A stretch of DNA of 64,000 bases from Octopus sinensis. Taxonomy: Eukaryota. The stretch lies in NCBI RefSeq assembly GCF_006345805.1, contig NC_043012.1, positions 42,656,001 through 42,720,000 on the forward strand, read 5' to 3'. Position numbers and translations under genes: made by a program. Below the pieces are notes generated by a model. That model saw nothing but the letters and a program-made list of their open reading frames with translations, was not told where the DNA came from and made no database searches. Shown in pieces: positions 36,140 through 48,956 of the stretch (positions within the stretch are counted from its first letter, which is position 1; every line of letters starts with the position of its first letter).

Positions 36140-36730
36140 TTGTTAATATACAGGAATGCATATTAGCATCTTTTCTTGCAGTTAACCTTTGAACAAAATT
36201 TGGACATTTGAATAAATCTGGGGTTAATTCAGTTAATTTGAATTTTTTACACTCTCTGTTAATGACCCCAGCATAAGAGATAAAATCTTCATTTTCTTTT
36301 TTAACTAAATTTAAACTGTGCCAATGAGTATTGAACAGGGAACTTCTCTTACTGAAAATTCTCGATAATCAATTGTTTCATCAAAACAAGTCTCACCTGT
36401 TTCTTTGGCAGAATATAATTACAGCATTTTTCATGTTCAGTGGGAGATAACTTCCTTATAAGTAGTTCCACCTTCTTCTTGTCATTCCAATTTTTACATT
36501 CTTCTTTGAAAATTTCTTCATATCTCCTAAAATATGCAGAAAAAGTAGTACCTTCTTCCAGGTTATAAATAAATTCTCCAATTGAGTTAGCTACGCCGTC
36601 TGATGAGAACACACCTGAAGTATTTTCAGACTTCTTCAACATTACTTCCAGTAACTGTTGGCATTGTGGTTGTTGTTGTAACTGCTACTGTTGTTGCTGT
36701 TGCAACTGCACCACGCAAGCCAATAAGTTA
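36140..36730 (-). mobile_element. Gypsy family A gag fragment (second copy)
   Basis: FSAYFRRYEEIF...LLIRKLSPTEHEK; homologous to 45980-46250 plus 47040-47370. Confidence 0.85.
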
Positions 36731-38027
36731 CTTTATCTGTGGACGCATCAGATTCTGCAATTGGCGCTGTCTTGCAGCACACCGTAGATGGTGAAACTAA
36801 ACCTTTGGCTTTCTTTTCTTGCCAGCTGCAGCCTGCTGAACGCAGATATAGTACTTTTGATCGTGAGTTACTAGTGATCTGTCAGTTCGGCATTTTCAGC
36901 ATCAGCTTGAGGGACGAGAGTTTGTGACTTATACTGATTACAAGCCCCTTACGTTTGCACTATCTTCTAAAACGGATAAACTCTCCCCTCGTACTTTCCG
37001 TCACCTGGATTATATTTCTCAGTTTACAAGTGACATTCGACATGTGCCAGGGAAAGAGGACGTTCCAGCTGATGCTCTCTCTAGGCTCCCTGTCAATTCC
37101 ATTTCCTCTCCTGCAGCAATTGACTTAACTGCTATTTCGCAGGATCAACCACCTTTAGCGGAGTTGAATTTAACTTCGCCCAAGTTTATCAATTGTAAGT
37201 TTGCTTACCGTCTGCTCCCTTCAGCAGAAGGCTCTATTCTTTGTGACGTCTCCACTGGTTCTCCTAGGCAGTTAGTACCTGAGAAACATCAACGTTCTGT
37301 TTTTGATGCTCTTCATTCATTGTCACATCCGGGTATCTCTGCCACAGTAAAGCTTGTTACTGCTCAGTTCTTCTGGCCCAATATGTCTTTGGCATCATTA
37401 CCCAGACACATGTTTTTGTTCGTGATGATTCTGTCAAAGGACCTCTTGTTTCTCCTTATAAAGGACCTTTTCATGTGATTTCCCACACGCCGAAAGTGTT
37501 CAAACTTGACATTAATGGTCGTTCGGTGACCGTTTCTGTAGATCGTCTTAAAAGGGCATATTTTGAATTGTCAACATCTTTTGATGACACCGCTGCTACA
37601 ACCATCGTTGAACCTTCATATGCACTTTTGACAACACCACCATTTACACATGCACCTTTGACAACACCACCATTTACACATGCACCTTTATCAACACCAA
37701 CATCGGCAACATCACTTTCATCGTCGCAGCCCGCCTCAAACAAACCTATGTTTCGAGGTCAGGCAGAACTGTTCACTGGCCAAAGAAACTTTCAAAGACT
37801 ATTTATATTTGACATTCTCAATTGTGTTCCCAGTGACAGTTACGAGACTTATTGAACTTTGTTCATTTGAGTATTTTTTTTTCCTTTTGGTGCATTCTTA
37901 TTTATATTGTAAATTTTGTTTTGATTTGTCATATTGTGTGCCATTTTGGTGATTTGGTAACCACCTTATTTTCTGAAGCCACTACAAGGAATTTTGTTTC
38001 GTGCTTTTGCACTCGAGGGGGAGCCTT

Positions 38028-38535
38028 TGTAGTGACGTCATTTTCCAGTGTGCGCACACGCAACGTCATTCTTCAGTGTGCATGTGCGGAACGTCATTCT
38101 TCAGTGTGCGTGTGCAGGGCTGGAACCTTCTGGAAAAGCCTAAGGAAGTTCCCTCTTGCACATGCGCAAGAGACTGGGGAAGAAAATTCTATCGCGTTCC
38201 TTGTTAGCGTCGTTGACTTGAGACATGGCTATTGAAGAGAAAGGACATGTTAAACGTGTGATCAGCCTATTCTCCTGTCCCAGACGCTTAGGATTTGACC
38301 TGCTCTGTTGCTGCTGAATTTGTTGTAAGAATCTTACAAATGTTAAAGTTCAGCCTTGCTATATCGAACCAAGTGGATACCAATATACCAACGTACTTCT
38401 TTTGTAAATAAGAAAATAAAGAGTTATATATATTTTTAAGGTTGCGTTCTTGTTCCTGACTGGTAGTTTCTGGAAATTAAAGAAAGGAAATTGGTTGCAC
38501 CCAAACAGTGTAAAGAATTAACCAGTTCCATTACA
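38028..38535 (+). repeat. single LTR of Gypsy B (508 bp)
   Basis: TGTAGTG...CATTACA termini; PPT GAGGGGGAG at 38015-38023; three ~28-bp internal repeats; AATAAA at 38415-38420. Confidence 0.85.
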
Positions 38536-38536
38536 G

Positions 38537-38548
38537 TGGTGACCCTGA
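38537..38548 (+). promoter_or_regulatory. primer-binding site, tRNA-Trp type
   Basis: TGGTGACCCTGA versus the complement of the tRNA-Trp 3' end, TGGTGACCCCGA (from memory). Confidence 0.75.
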
Positions 38549-39338
38549 GTTCTGGTCATAGACCATAGAACACTTAACTAAGATCTAGTTTCTACCGAGT
38601 CTGAACCAATTAGTCAACCAAAATCTCCGCCACAGTCATCATCCTCTTTGCTTCAATTTTATCGTCGTTTTGTCATAGACACAGAGCGTAGCCAAACATA
38701 TTATGAAGACGCTATTGTAAACCAACGACAGACATAACGTCACAACCAACATTGTCTCCATCTACAAAAATTCAAGTGTACACAAGATACAGATTCTACT
38801 CATGCTGTAGTGTGAAAATCTCACCACGGAAGAACAGTTGCAGTATATATATCTGGAAGAATAGCTATATCAAGAGAAAAATATGCACAACAAGTGACTC
38901 AACTAATCTCAGCTCCGAGACACTAATCTTGTATAGAACTCATTATCGTGTACTACATGAACTGGTAAAATAACTCTAACTTCATTTAAACACAAAATGT
39001 TGAGATTTCTCTCATGCTCTGTTGTATTTGCATAAACATTATTTCTGTACATCTGATGCACATAAAAAAAAAAAAAATTTTGTTTCAGACGCGATGAAGG
39101 TTGGTAAAGATTAAAAAAAAGAATTTTTTTTCTCTGTGCATACAGCACAAAAAGAAAAAGAAAAAACACATTTTTTTTTGGTAAAATTTACACGTAAAAA
39201 AAATTTATTGGTTCAATTGCTGGTCTTGTTTAATTTCTATTTCTTTCTGTTCTTTTTTCCATTTGCGTCAGTTCAACTTTTCGTTGTCATTTCCCTTTCC
39301 TTTGACAGAGTCATCTATTTAAATTTAAAAAGAACAAC

Positions 39339-40967
39339 ATGTCTTTGGCATCATTACCCATTTTCACAGGTGATGCCACACTTTGGTTTGCACAACTAAA
39401 GGCATATTTTTGTGCACATAGTATTTCTTCTGAGCAGCAGTTGCAAATTCTTTATAGTTGTATACCTCTTCAACTTGCAACTACTGCCAGAGATCTTATT
39501 ACGGATCCTTCTCCAGATGCCACTTATGCGTCTGTTAAATTAGAAGTGGAGAAAAGAAATACTAGAAGAGAGGAAAGTCGCTTCAATGAATTGATGGTGG
39601 ATGAAGAGTTGGGAGATAGGACTCCTTCTGAATTTTTGAGATGTTTAAGAGAGTTGAGCAATAAAGCTGCAGACGCTCCTCTGCTTTGTAAAATTTTTTT
39701 TTCAAGGTTGCCCGCCTACATACAAACTGTTTTGGCAACTGCTTTAGAGTCCAATACTGTGGACCAAATAGCGACCATGGCAGACAAAATGGTTGAATTT
39801 GCCGTGCAACCAACTTCACGTGCTGCTTGTGTCTGCTCGGAAACTTCTGCAAACTCAATTGATGGACTTTCTAAACAAATAGAAAGTCTCACCAAAAGGA
39901 TGGACGCGATGGCAAGCAATGGCAAGCGATTTTCAAGATCGTGTAGTCGTGGCTGTTCATCATCTCCTTCCACACAGTCAAAGTTCGGACTGTGTTGGTA
40001 TCACTCCAAATTTGGAGAGAAAGCACATAAGTGCATACAGCCATGCACCTATAAAAGATTTAAACTAGCTTTGGAGGAGTTGAGCACATCAACTTCCTCC
40101 ACATTGTTTTCTAGTTATCGTGCATTTTTCGTTAAGGATCTAGTGTCGAAGAAATACTTCATGGTGGACACTGGTTCTTGTTGCAGCATTTGGCCTCTGC
40201 GTCTCACAACCGACAGGCCAAAACGATCTAATGTTACCTTGCACGCTATTGACTCGTCACCAATAGCCACATTCGGTCAGATCTCTTTACGCCTCGACAT
40301 AAATCTTCGTCGAGATTTTCAGTGGGTTTTTGTCATTGCTGACATTCCGCATCCTATTTTAGGTGCGGATTTTCTAAATAACTATGATCTATTGGTAGAT
40401 GTCAGACGTCGGAGGTTAGTCGACAGTTCGACTACACTCTCCACGCCGACCAGAGAATCTACCGATTCAGCTCTTAGCCTGACATTTTTTGTTGCTACTT
40501 CTGGAGATGGTTTTCATTCTCTTTTGGCTTCTTTTCCAGAGCTACTTGATATTACTTTTAAAATGCACTCGACACTCCATTACATTACAACTACTGGGTC
40601 GCCTGTTTTTTCGCGCCCACGGCGTCTTGCACCTGACCATCTTAAAACAGCTAGGGCTGAGTTTGAGCATATGCTCCAGCTTGGTCTGATACGCCCATCC
40701 ACCAGTCTATGGGCATCATCCCTTCATTTACTTCGGAAAGGGGATACAGATTTTCGCCCGGTGGGAGATTATCGGCGTCTAAATTCTGTGACGATTCCTG
40801 ACAGATATCCAATTAGGAATCTTAATGACTTTTCAGCGAATCTTCATGGCTGTACCATTTTTTCTAAGGTTGACCTCATACATGCTTATTATCAAATACC
40901 GGTCAACCCAGACGATGTTCCTAAAACGGCAATTACCACTCCTTTTGGTTGTTTCGAATTTCTATAA
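39339..40967 (+). pseudogene. Gypsy B gag-protease-RT (single ORF; continues at 40981-41270 after a stop and frameshift)
   Basis: LWFAQL, CWYHSKFG..C..PC, VDTGS, DFRPVGDYRRLN, KVDLIHAYYQIP, YVDDIL. Confidence 0.92.
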
Positions 40968-43595
40968 ATGAGTTTTTGGTTTGCGGAACGCCACTAGTAC
41001 GTTCCAACGTTTTATAGATGAAGTTGTTCGTGGACTTGATTTTGTTTTTGCGTATGTCGATGATATCCTCATCGCAAGTGATACGCATGAAAATCATCTC
41101 CAGCACTTGTCTCAGCTTTTTCAGCGTCTTCACGACTATGGTGTTCGCATTAATCCAGACAAGTGTGTTTTTGGGCAATCATCTCTTGAATTTCTCGGTC
41201 ATTGTATTGATTCGAGTGGAATCAAACCTCTCTCGTCTAAAGTTGATGCAATTCAGCGCATCGCACCACCATACCTTGCAAAAAGTGTAGAAAATTCACT
41301 GTTACTGTGGAGGTTAGTGTTCTACATTTACACATTTCTGGCCATTTTGTAAAGGTATCTACCACTATTAAATAATACGATCCATTTAATGATCCTGCAC
41401 AAATTATGTGTAATCTGGTCCATGGAATATCAGTTTTAGGCTAAGGTTGAAATTTTATAGGTGGTGATTTTGCTGCAAGAGCACAACTTAGCAGCAGGAT
41501 TTTACTAACTTCTCAGTGTCTAGGTCCATTTTCAGCCAGTAAACATAACTCCTCATAAGTGACTTCATCCTAGAAATTCCTGGATGTCCAGTATGGAATT
41601 CCTTTAACATTCGATTTTGTAGTGAGAGAGGCATTACAAACATCTGTGCGTACACAAGCACATTATCACATATCAAATATAAGTTCAAAACTGTGTTACA
41701 TCCAGCAACATGTATTTTTATAGTTGTCTTCTGATCTCGCTATTTTTTTCATTTTCATGATAAACTCATCTGTCTCTGCCTTAATTTTTATTTCCTCTAA
41801 AGTCACAAGCAATTTATACACAAAGTTGCACAATATACTTTTTATTTCATTTTTGCCTCTTAGTACTGCTATCACTGTGAGTTATAGTGGTTCACTGTAT
41901 TTTGGTATTAACTTCAACAAGCCATCTGCACGTCATGATTTTTTAGATGGCAAATATTCCACCTTGAAATTATAATTCAGTAGGATCGTTCCCAGCACTG
42001 CAATCTGTTGGCTGTATGTGTGAGAATACCTTTTTTTGATCCATAAATCAACAATAATAGGCAATGATGTGTCTGCAAACGGAACCTTCTTCCATGTATG
42101 AATTTATGGAATTTCTTTACTGGAAATATAATGGCTAGTGCTTCCTTCTCTATTTGACTAACTTTTCTAAGCCAGCAGTAATGAAGATGAAGCATGAGCT
42201 ACATTTTTCACACTACCATCTTTATATTTGTGAAAATCACAGCTCCAATACCACTTTCGCTAGCATATGCTGCCACTACTATTTCTAAATTCAGGTCAAA
42301 ATGTGATAATGACAATTCCGATGTTAAGACGTTTTTTAATTTCTTCAAAAACTTTTTGGCATATGTCTGACATGCTCTTAAATCATGCATATTTGGTATG
42401 CATACCTGGTAGTAATTTGCAAGCCCCAAAAATGCTTGTAACATTGTAATGTTTGTTGGGGAAGGCATATTTTTTATTGCACTCGTCCTCGATGGGTCTG
42501 GTCTACATCTATTTTCATCGATAATCTGTCCTAGATATTTCATTCTTGGCATAAAAAATTCACACTTTTCCTTGCTGAGCTTAAAACCATAATCTTTTCT
42601 TCTCTCGAAGACCTTTTTAACTTGCTCGGCATGCTGACCACAAGATTCACTTTTTATATGTCATCAAGGTAAGCTATTGTGAAATCCGAACCTGTGAGCA
42701 TAGTGTCCATAACTTGTTAGAAAATAACTGGTGCTACCTTTATACCAAAAGGAAGTTGATTAAATTTGTACAGTCCTTTATGGGTATTTATCATTAGTAA
42801 TTTTGAACATTGCTCATCAACTTCTACCTGTAGCTATACTTCAGATAGGTCCAACTTTTAAAACAATTTACCTCCATTCAAATTCACGAAAATTTCTTCC
42901 AGACTTGGCAACGGGTAATTATATGGCATCAAACATTCATTTAACCCTGTTGAAAAATCAGCACATACACAGATTTTATTATTTTTTGTCTTGACATAAA
43001 CTGTTGCGGATACCCATTCAGTGTAATATATTTTTTCAAGCCTGTCCAATTTTTAGTTCATTTGTTTTAATGCAGCAAAAGCTATATTCCTGTGATTTAA
43101 ATACTAGTATAGAATTTTATTTTACTTGAAACTTCGCCTTTGTTTTGGTGCAAAGACTTAATTCATCAGAAAAAACTTCACAAAAAATCTTTTTTTAATT
43201 CTTCCAATGCCTTATTTGCACTGGTGGAAAAAGACATTCACATTTTTACAAAACAAATTTATGGGGCGGTCCCATAAATTAAATAATGCTATCCAGTCTG
43301 TTCCAAATATATCTGTCATATTATTCAGCACAAAACTTTGGCTTTTAAAGTTTTTTCACAAAATGTAACATCATTTATTTTGCCCTTAAAATGCAATTTT
43401 TTCCTGAAACACCATGTGCAATTTTCAAAGTTTCTTTCAACCTAGAGTTTCTGATTTTACTTCATGTATCTGTGTTAATTATCCTAATATCACTGTCTAT
43501 ATCCAATTGTAACTTGATATTCACATTATTCATTTTTACAAGCACAAATTTTCTTTTCTGAGCCTCACTTTGATTTTTTGTTGACAATATTCTGC

Positions 43596-45765
43596 AAGAA
43601 AGAGGCCTGGAAATGCCATTATGAAAGACTGCTGAACATGGAGAATAAATAGGAAGAGGAGAGTCAACCAAATGTTGACCCAACAGAGGGACCAGCTACT
43701 CAAATCGATAGGATATGAAGACAGGGAAAGCTTCCAGTCCATCAGGAATCACCACTGAGATGCTTAAAATATCTGACAGTGTGGGTTATGGTCTAGTCAC
43801 CTGTATTGAAAATCAGGTGTTCCATGAAGGACCAGTGTCGCAGCACCATAGTCAACTGCTACAAAGGTAAAGGTGATGCCTTAGATAGAAATAATTACAG
43901 GGGTATCAAATTGTAGCATCAGGTGATGAAAGTTATGGAGAAAGTCATAGCCCAACTAATTAGGGAGAGAGTCTGCTTAGATGAGATGCAGTTTGGTTTC
44001 GTGCCAGGGAGAAGCACCTCTGATGCTATATTTCTGGTGAGATAGCTGCAGGAGAAATACCTAGCAAAAGATAAACCTCTGTACTTGGCCTTTGTTGTCT
44101 TGGAGAAAGCCTTTGACAGGGTCCTCCGATCCTTTATCTGGTGGTCAGTGCGGAAAATAGGGATAGACGAGTGGTTGGTTAGAACTGTACAAGCCATGTA
44201 CAGGAATGCTGCCAGTAAGGTGAGGGTTGGCAGTAAGTACAGCAAAGAATTCAGGGTACAAGTAGAGGTTCACCAAAGATAGGTGCTCAGCCTCCTCTTG
44301 TTCATCATAGTATTCATGGCAATAACAGACGAATTTAAGAGAGGTTGCCCATGGGAGCTCCTCTATGTTGATGACATTGCTCTTATAGCTGAATCACTAC
44401 CAGAATTAGAGAAAAAAATCTCAGGTATGGAAGCAAGGTCTAGAATCAAAAGGCCTTAGAGTTAATCTAGCAAAAACCAAAGTCTTAGTAAGTAGGAAGG
44501 GAGACAAATCACAAATACCTTCAGGTAGATGGCCCTGCTTGATCTGTAGAAAAGGCATAGGTAGAAACTCCATAAGATGCATCCAGTGTAATCAGGTGCA
44601 GCAATATCAGAGGAAGGTCAACAAGGGAACTAGCTATTGTATGTGGAAGATGCACAAGTACAATAAATGTTGAAAATGTGCAGAAAATAGACTCCCTCCA
44701 CTGCCTGGTGGACAAAGCTAGAGGTATTAGATAGCTTCCGTTATCGCGGTAAACCAAGTTAGTAGTTAGTGTGGGGCTCTGAGAGTGTAGCTTTGAGAAT
44801 AAGATGAGGCTGGACAAAGTCCAGAGAGCTCCTATCTCTGCTGGTAACAAAGGTCCTCTCTCACTCAGAGTGAAAGGAAGACTGTATGATGCCTGTGTGC
44901 AAAAACAGCTATGCTGCATGGCAGTAAAATATAGGCTGTGACAGCCGAGGACATGCATTGGCTTGAAAGAAATGGTTGAGGTAAACCCAGGAAGACATGG
45001 GATGAGGTAGTGAAGCATAACCTTCGAACTTTGAACCTCACAGAGGCAATGATTAGTGACTGAGGCCCTTGGCAATGTGCTCTGCTTAAGAGCTGGTGGC
45101 ACATAAAAATCAACCTTTGAACATCATGCCTTTGGCAATATGCTGTGCCTGAGAAAACCGGTCAAGTGAAATCATAGTCATGGTTGATGTTGGTGTCACA
45201 TAAGTAGCACCCATGCCAGTGGCACATAAAGAGTACTGTTGGAACATTGGGCCTCACAGAGGAAAAGTGACTGAGTTCCTTTCAAGCATTGGGCCTCATG
45301 GAGGCAAAGTGGCCATGTTCCTTTCAAATGTTAGGCCTCATAGAAGTAAAATGGCTGAGTTCCTTTCGAGTGTTGAGCCTAACAGAGGCAAAGTGGCCAA
45401 GTTCCTTTTGAGCATTGGGCCTCATGGAAGCAAAGTGGGTGAGTTTCTTTTGAGTGTTGGGCCTCACAGAGGCAATGACTGACACCTCTGGCATTATGTC
45501 GTGCTTGAGAAGAAGATTCATCAAGCCAAGCAAAATTGCACTCATGGCAGATAGCAATGTCATGCTGGTGGCTTGTAAAAGCACCCAATTCACTCTCAGA
45601 GTGGTTGGTGTTAGGAAGGGCATCCAGCCATAGAAAACCATGCCAAATCAGACTGGAGTCTGGTGCAGCCTTCCAGCTTGCTAGCCCTGGTCAAATCATC
45701 CAACCCATGCCAGCCTGGACAATGAATGTTAAATGATGACGATGATGATGAAGAAGAATACTTTC
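43596..45765 (+). mobile_element. decayed RTE LINE (PHD family) inserted between gag and protease of Gypsy A
   Basis: RT motifs with stops; terminal module plus (GAT)n. Confidence 0.9.
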
Positions 45766-46251
45766 TTGCCAGAATTTTTTTCATTTCGCTCTACAATGTG
45801 AGATTATATGTCCGATTTTTGCACACTCAAAGCATTTCAGATTTTTAAAAACACAGTTACATTTAAAATGTAAGCCTCCACACCTACAGCATGGATTGGG
45901 TCTTCATATTTGTTTTCCTTTTTTCTTATCCGTTACAGGTCAACATGCATGCATATGAGACCAATCTTTTTCTTCAACTTCATCCGTGCTATGTCTTAAA
46001 TTTACAATCATCTGGCATTCCTCTGTTAATTTTTGGTTCGGTTCTAATTTTGTTAATATACAGGAATGTATATATGCTTTCTGTTAGCCCTTGAACAAAA
46101 ATCAGACACTGGAACACGTCAAGGATTAATTCATTTAATTTGAATTTTTTACATTGTTTACAATCCCAGCAGAGGTGACAAAATCTTTATCATCTTTTTT
46201 CACCAAATTTAAACTCTGCCAGCAAGTACTGAACAGGGAACTTCTTTCACT

Positions 46252-47040
46252 TGTAGCAAGTCATAAAAAGTGGCAATATGACGTAATGGTCGTTTGCCCA
46301 AACAAGCATAATTGTTGGTAATTCCATTGGTTAAAATTACTGCCCATATTTGAATTCTAAACTTTCATCAAAGAGAATTCTTTCACGAAATACAGTTCTT
46401 CGAATTCAGGTATGAGCAGTTATAAAAACCCTGATTTTGGGGAAATTAATCAGTGATCGTTGGATGTTACTAAACTCCACGACACTCACTCATTGAAATA
46501 TTGGCTATTTTTTATGCCATTTCTATGATAAAAATCCAACAAGACTTATTTGAATTGTTGTGAACTCTAGTAGTTAGAATGAAGGATTAGCTAGTGTGAA
46601 CTTTAAATCATAATTCTCTACGACAAAATGACTTTAATTTCCAATTGTACTATAAATACTAAATGTACAAAAATAAACTAATGTGGTAATTATTTTCTCT
46701 TTCTTCGTGTTCTTCAACTTGTTAATGAAATTTATTTCTGCAATTATGAAACTGTGTATTTTTTATAGCAGTTAAAAGAACACGAATTTATTTATATTCA
46801 ACATACATGCATGCATAAAATGTCTGTTAGCATTTCAAAGTATATAATTCTCACTATGGCATTTATGTAGCTGGAGTCAGGATTTATATATAATGATAAC
46901 ACTAATAAGTAAGTTATAAGTGACGTGTTTATCAATATATATTCCTACTTCAAAAGTAAAATATATTTATTATCTAATTCCAAATAGGAAACATATAAAA
47001 ATAGTGTTACACAAACAGTAACCAAACCAGCTATAAAACA
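46252..47040. mobile_element. ~790-bp insertion in Gypsy A gag, possible solo LTR
   Basis: Absent from the paralogous gag at 36350; TG...CA ends; TSD ambiguous (cact or ct). Confidence 0.45.
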
Positions 47041-48812
47041 CTGAAAATTTTTGATAAAATGTTGTTTCACCGAAACAAATCTCACCTGGTTTCTTCAGCA
47101 GAATATAATTACAGTATTTTTCATGTTTGGCAGGGGATAACTTTCTTAAAAGTAGTCACACTTTTTTCTCATCAGTCCAACTGCTACATTCTTCTTTGAA
47201 GATTTCTTCGCATTTTTGAAAATATGCAGAGAAAGTTATACCTTCTTCTGGATTATAAACAAACTCTCCAATCAAGTTCACCATGGCGTCCAGTATGAAC
47301 AACCCTGAAGTACTTTCAGATTTCTTCAACATGTTGCTGTTACAACTGCACCATACAAGCTAATAAATACTCCATGTTAACGATTTTTTTCTTTGGTTTC
47401 ATACCAAAAAATTCACCTGTTCAAAGCAAACTTTGAATATCTCATTGCCACTTTTATATCCTTTATTGCAGATATATGATTTTAACAAAGTGGGGGTAAA
47501 GCAATGTATTCACAGACATAAATTCCAACTACCAATACACAAGACTCCAATGCCTTCTTCCTTGCCTCAACAAGACACATTACTCTTATAAGTGTTTGAT
47601 GAGTCCACCTTTTAATCACACAGGGGTGTTAATGCTTATCACCACAACAGGGGGGGGGGGTATTAATTTACTGGGAAACGGGTAAGAGTTGATAAGAAAA
47701 GCATCCAGTAACAAAAAATCTGCCCACACAAATTCCATCCAACTCATGCAAGCACACACAAATGGGTGTTAAAATTATGATGACGATGATGCTTACATGG
47801 TAGTGATTGTAGTAAATGTGCTGATTCATAAAATAAATTTTAATCTGGCAAAAATCCTATATTTGAACCAGAACAGATACCTGAACAGTTGTGCGATTCT
47901 GTCTCCTTTGTTAGGCTATGAAAACTAACGTCGAATTGTTAAACATTTGTTTTTTTCATATTAGCATTGACTGTGTGCAAATTCATATCTCAGTTCTGAA
48001 TTTTTTGAAATGGTCTTACAACAGATTTCATGTGTCTATTCAGTTATACAAAAAAAGAATTGTTTTTCCCAGATTAATTGAAGAAAGTTTGCACTGAGCA
48101 TTTACAAGTCATTCAATAGCTGAAAATATAGAATTAGAAGGGAGAATTTGACTAACACTGTAGGAAACAAAATTCTTGAACTGCTGCTAAAAACCTTTGA
48201 TTTCAAGAAATCTGGACAGATAACTGTCTGCTGGCAACATTAAACAGATCTGCTGGCAACATTAAAGCATTTAAAACTGTCATCTTCTCATTTAGATGAG
48301 AATGGCTCAATAGAAGAGAATCAAACTAATAAAAAAATTAAGAAACTGGGCAGTTTAAAATGATGAGATATTTCATTATATATAAATTCATTAGAATAGA
48401 TAGATACATCTGCAGTTCCATTTTGAACCAAATGACCTATGAAATTTATTACTTAAACAAAAAAATAGTTTTTGTTATTATTTAAACTGTATGACCTAAT
48501 CCATATTAACAGTGCAAACTAACGTAGGTTTTTTTTTTTTATTTGCAAGATAAAGTAATCCTATCAATACTACAGCCAAATCTGCTGGAAGTCAAATAGA
48601 CACAATCTTTCACAATGCTAAAAGAATTTGTTTCTCTACTACCAGAACAACTATTTAAATACAAAAATTCTTTTGCAATTGCTCACACAGATTTACAGAA
48701 ATCTTAAAACAAAGGACATTTTAAAATATGAATTTAAAAAATCTTTTAATTACAGTGAAAATTCTGATCTAAAGAAGAAAATGTAACACAGCTAGAAATG
48801 CTCTTAACTCAC

Positions 48813-48956
48813 GATAAAATGTCTCCATCAATATGCAATCTTTCACTCTGTACACGTCGTGGAGGTAAGATGGGGGCATTCCTTGGTGGTGGATGACACC
48901 GGAGATTTTCGAAGATAACTTCTTCCATTTTACAACTTGGCAGTACCTCCTACTTC
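48813..48956 (-). CDS. SPRYD3: SPRY domain-containing protein 3, first coding exon (28 nt 5' UTR; ATG at 48928; MEEVIFENLRCHPPPRNAPILPPRRVQSERLHIDGDIL|S)
   Basis: Acceptor cttttttgcag| at 48957 and donor |gtgagt at 48812. In-frame TAG upstream of AAAATGG. ERLHIDGDILSY resembles my recollection of SPRYD3 ERFKHILVDGDTLSY. Confidence 0.88.

Larger units (their letters stand above)
36731..41270 (+). mobile_element. Gypsy family B, circularly permuted: RNase H, integrase, PPT, LTR, PBS, gag, PR, RT
   Basis: Begins at SVDASDSAIGAV and ends at KVDAIQRIAPP; contains a single internal LTR. Confidence 0.9.
41271..47649 (-). mobile_element. Gypsy family A element: 5' LTR, PBS, gag, pol; truncated in integrase; two nested insertions
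   Basis: LTR 47452-47649 (starts TGTTGTGG); PBS-like TGGCAATGAG at 47441-47450; gag knuckle CFECAKIGHIISHC (~45790-45840); protease LQLDIDSD; RT CADFSTGLN; RNase H; integrase HPGISRMKSLMRSYVYW ending at ..RYG. Confidence 0.88.

Noticed and set aside
36600-36625. CTGATGA...GAAG
   Set aside because: Lies in Gypsy gag coding sequence with no stems
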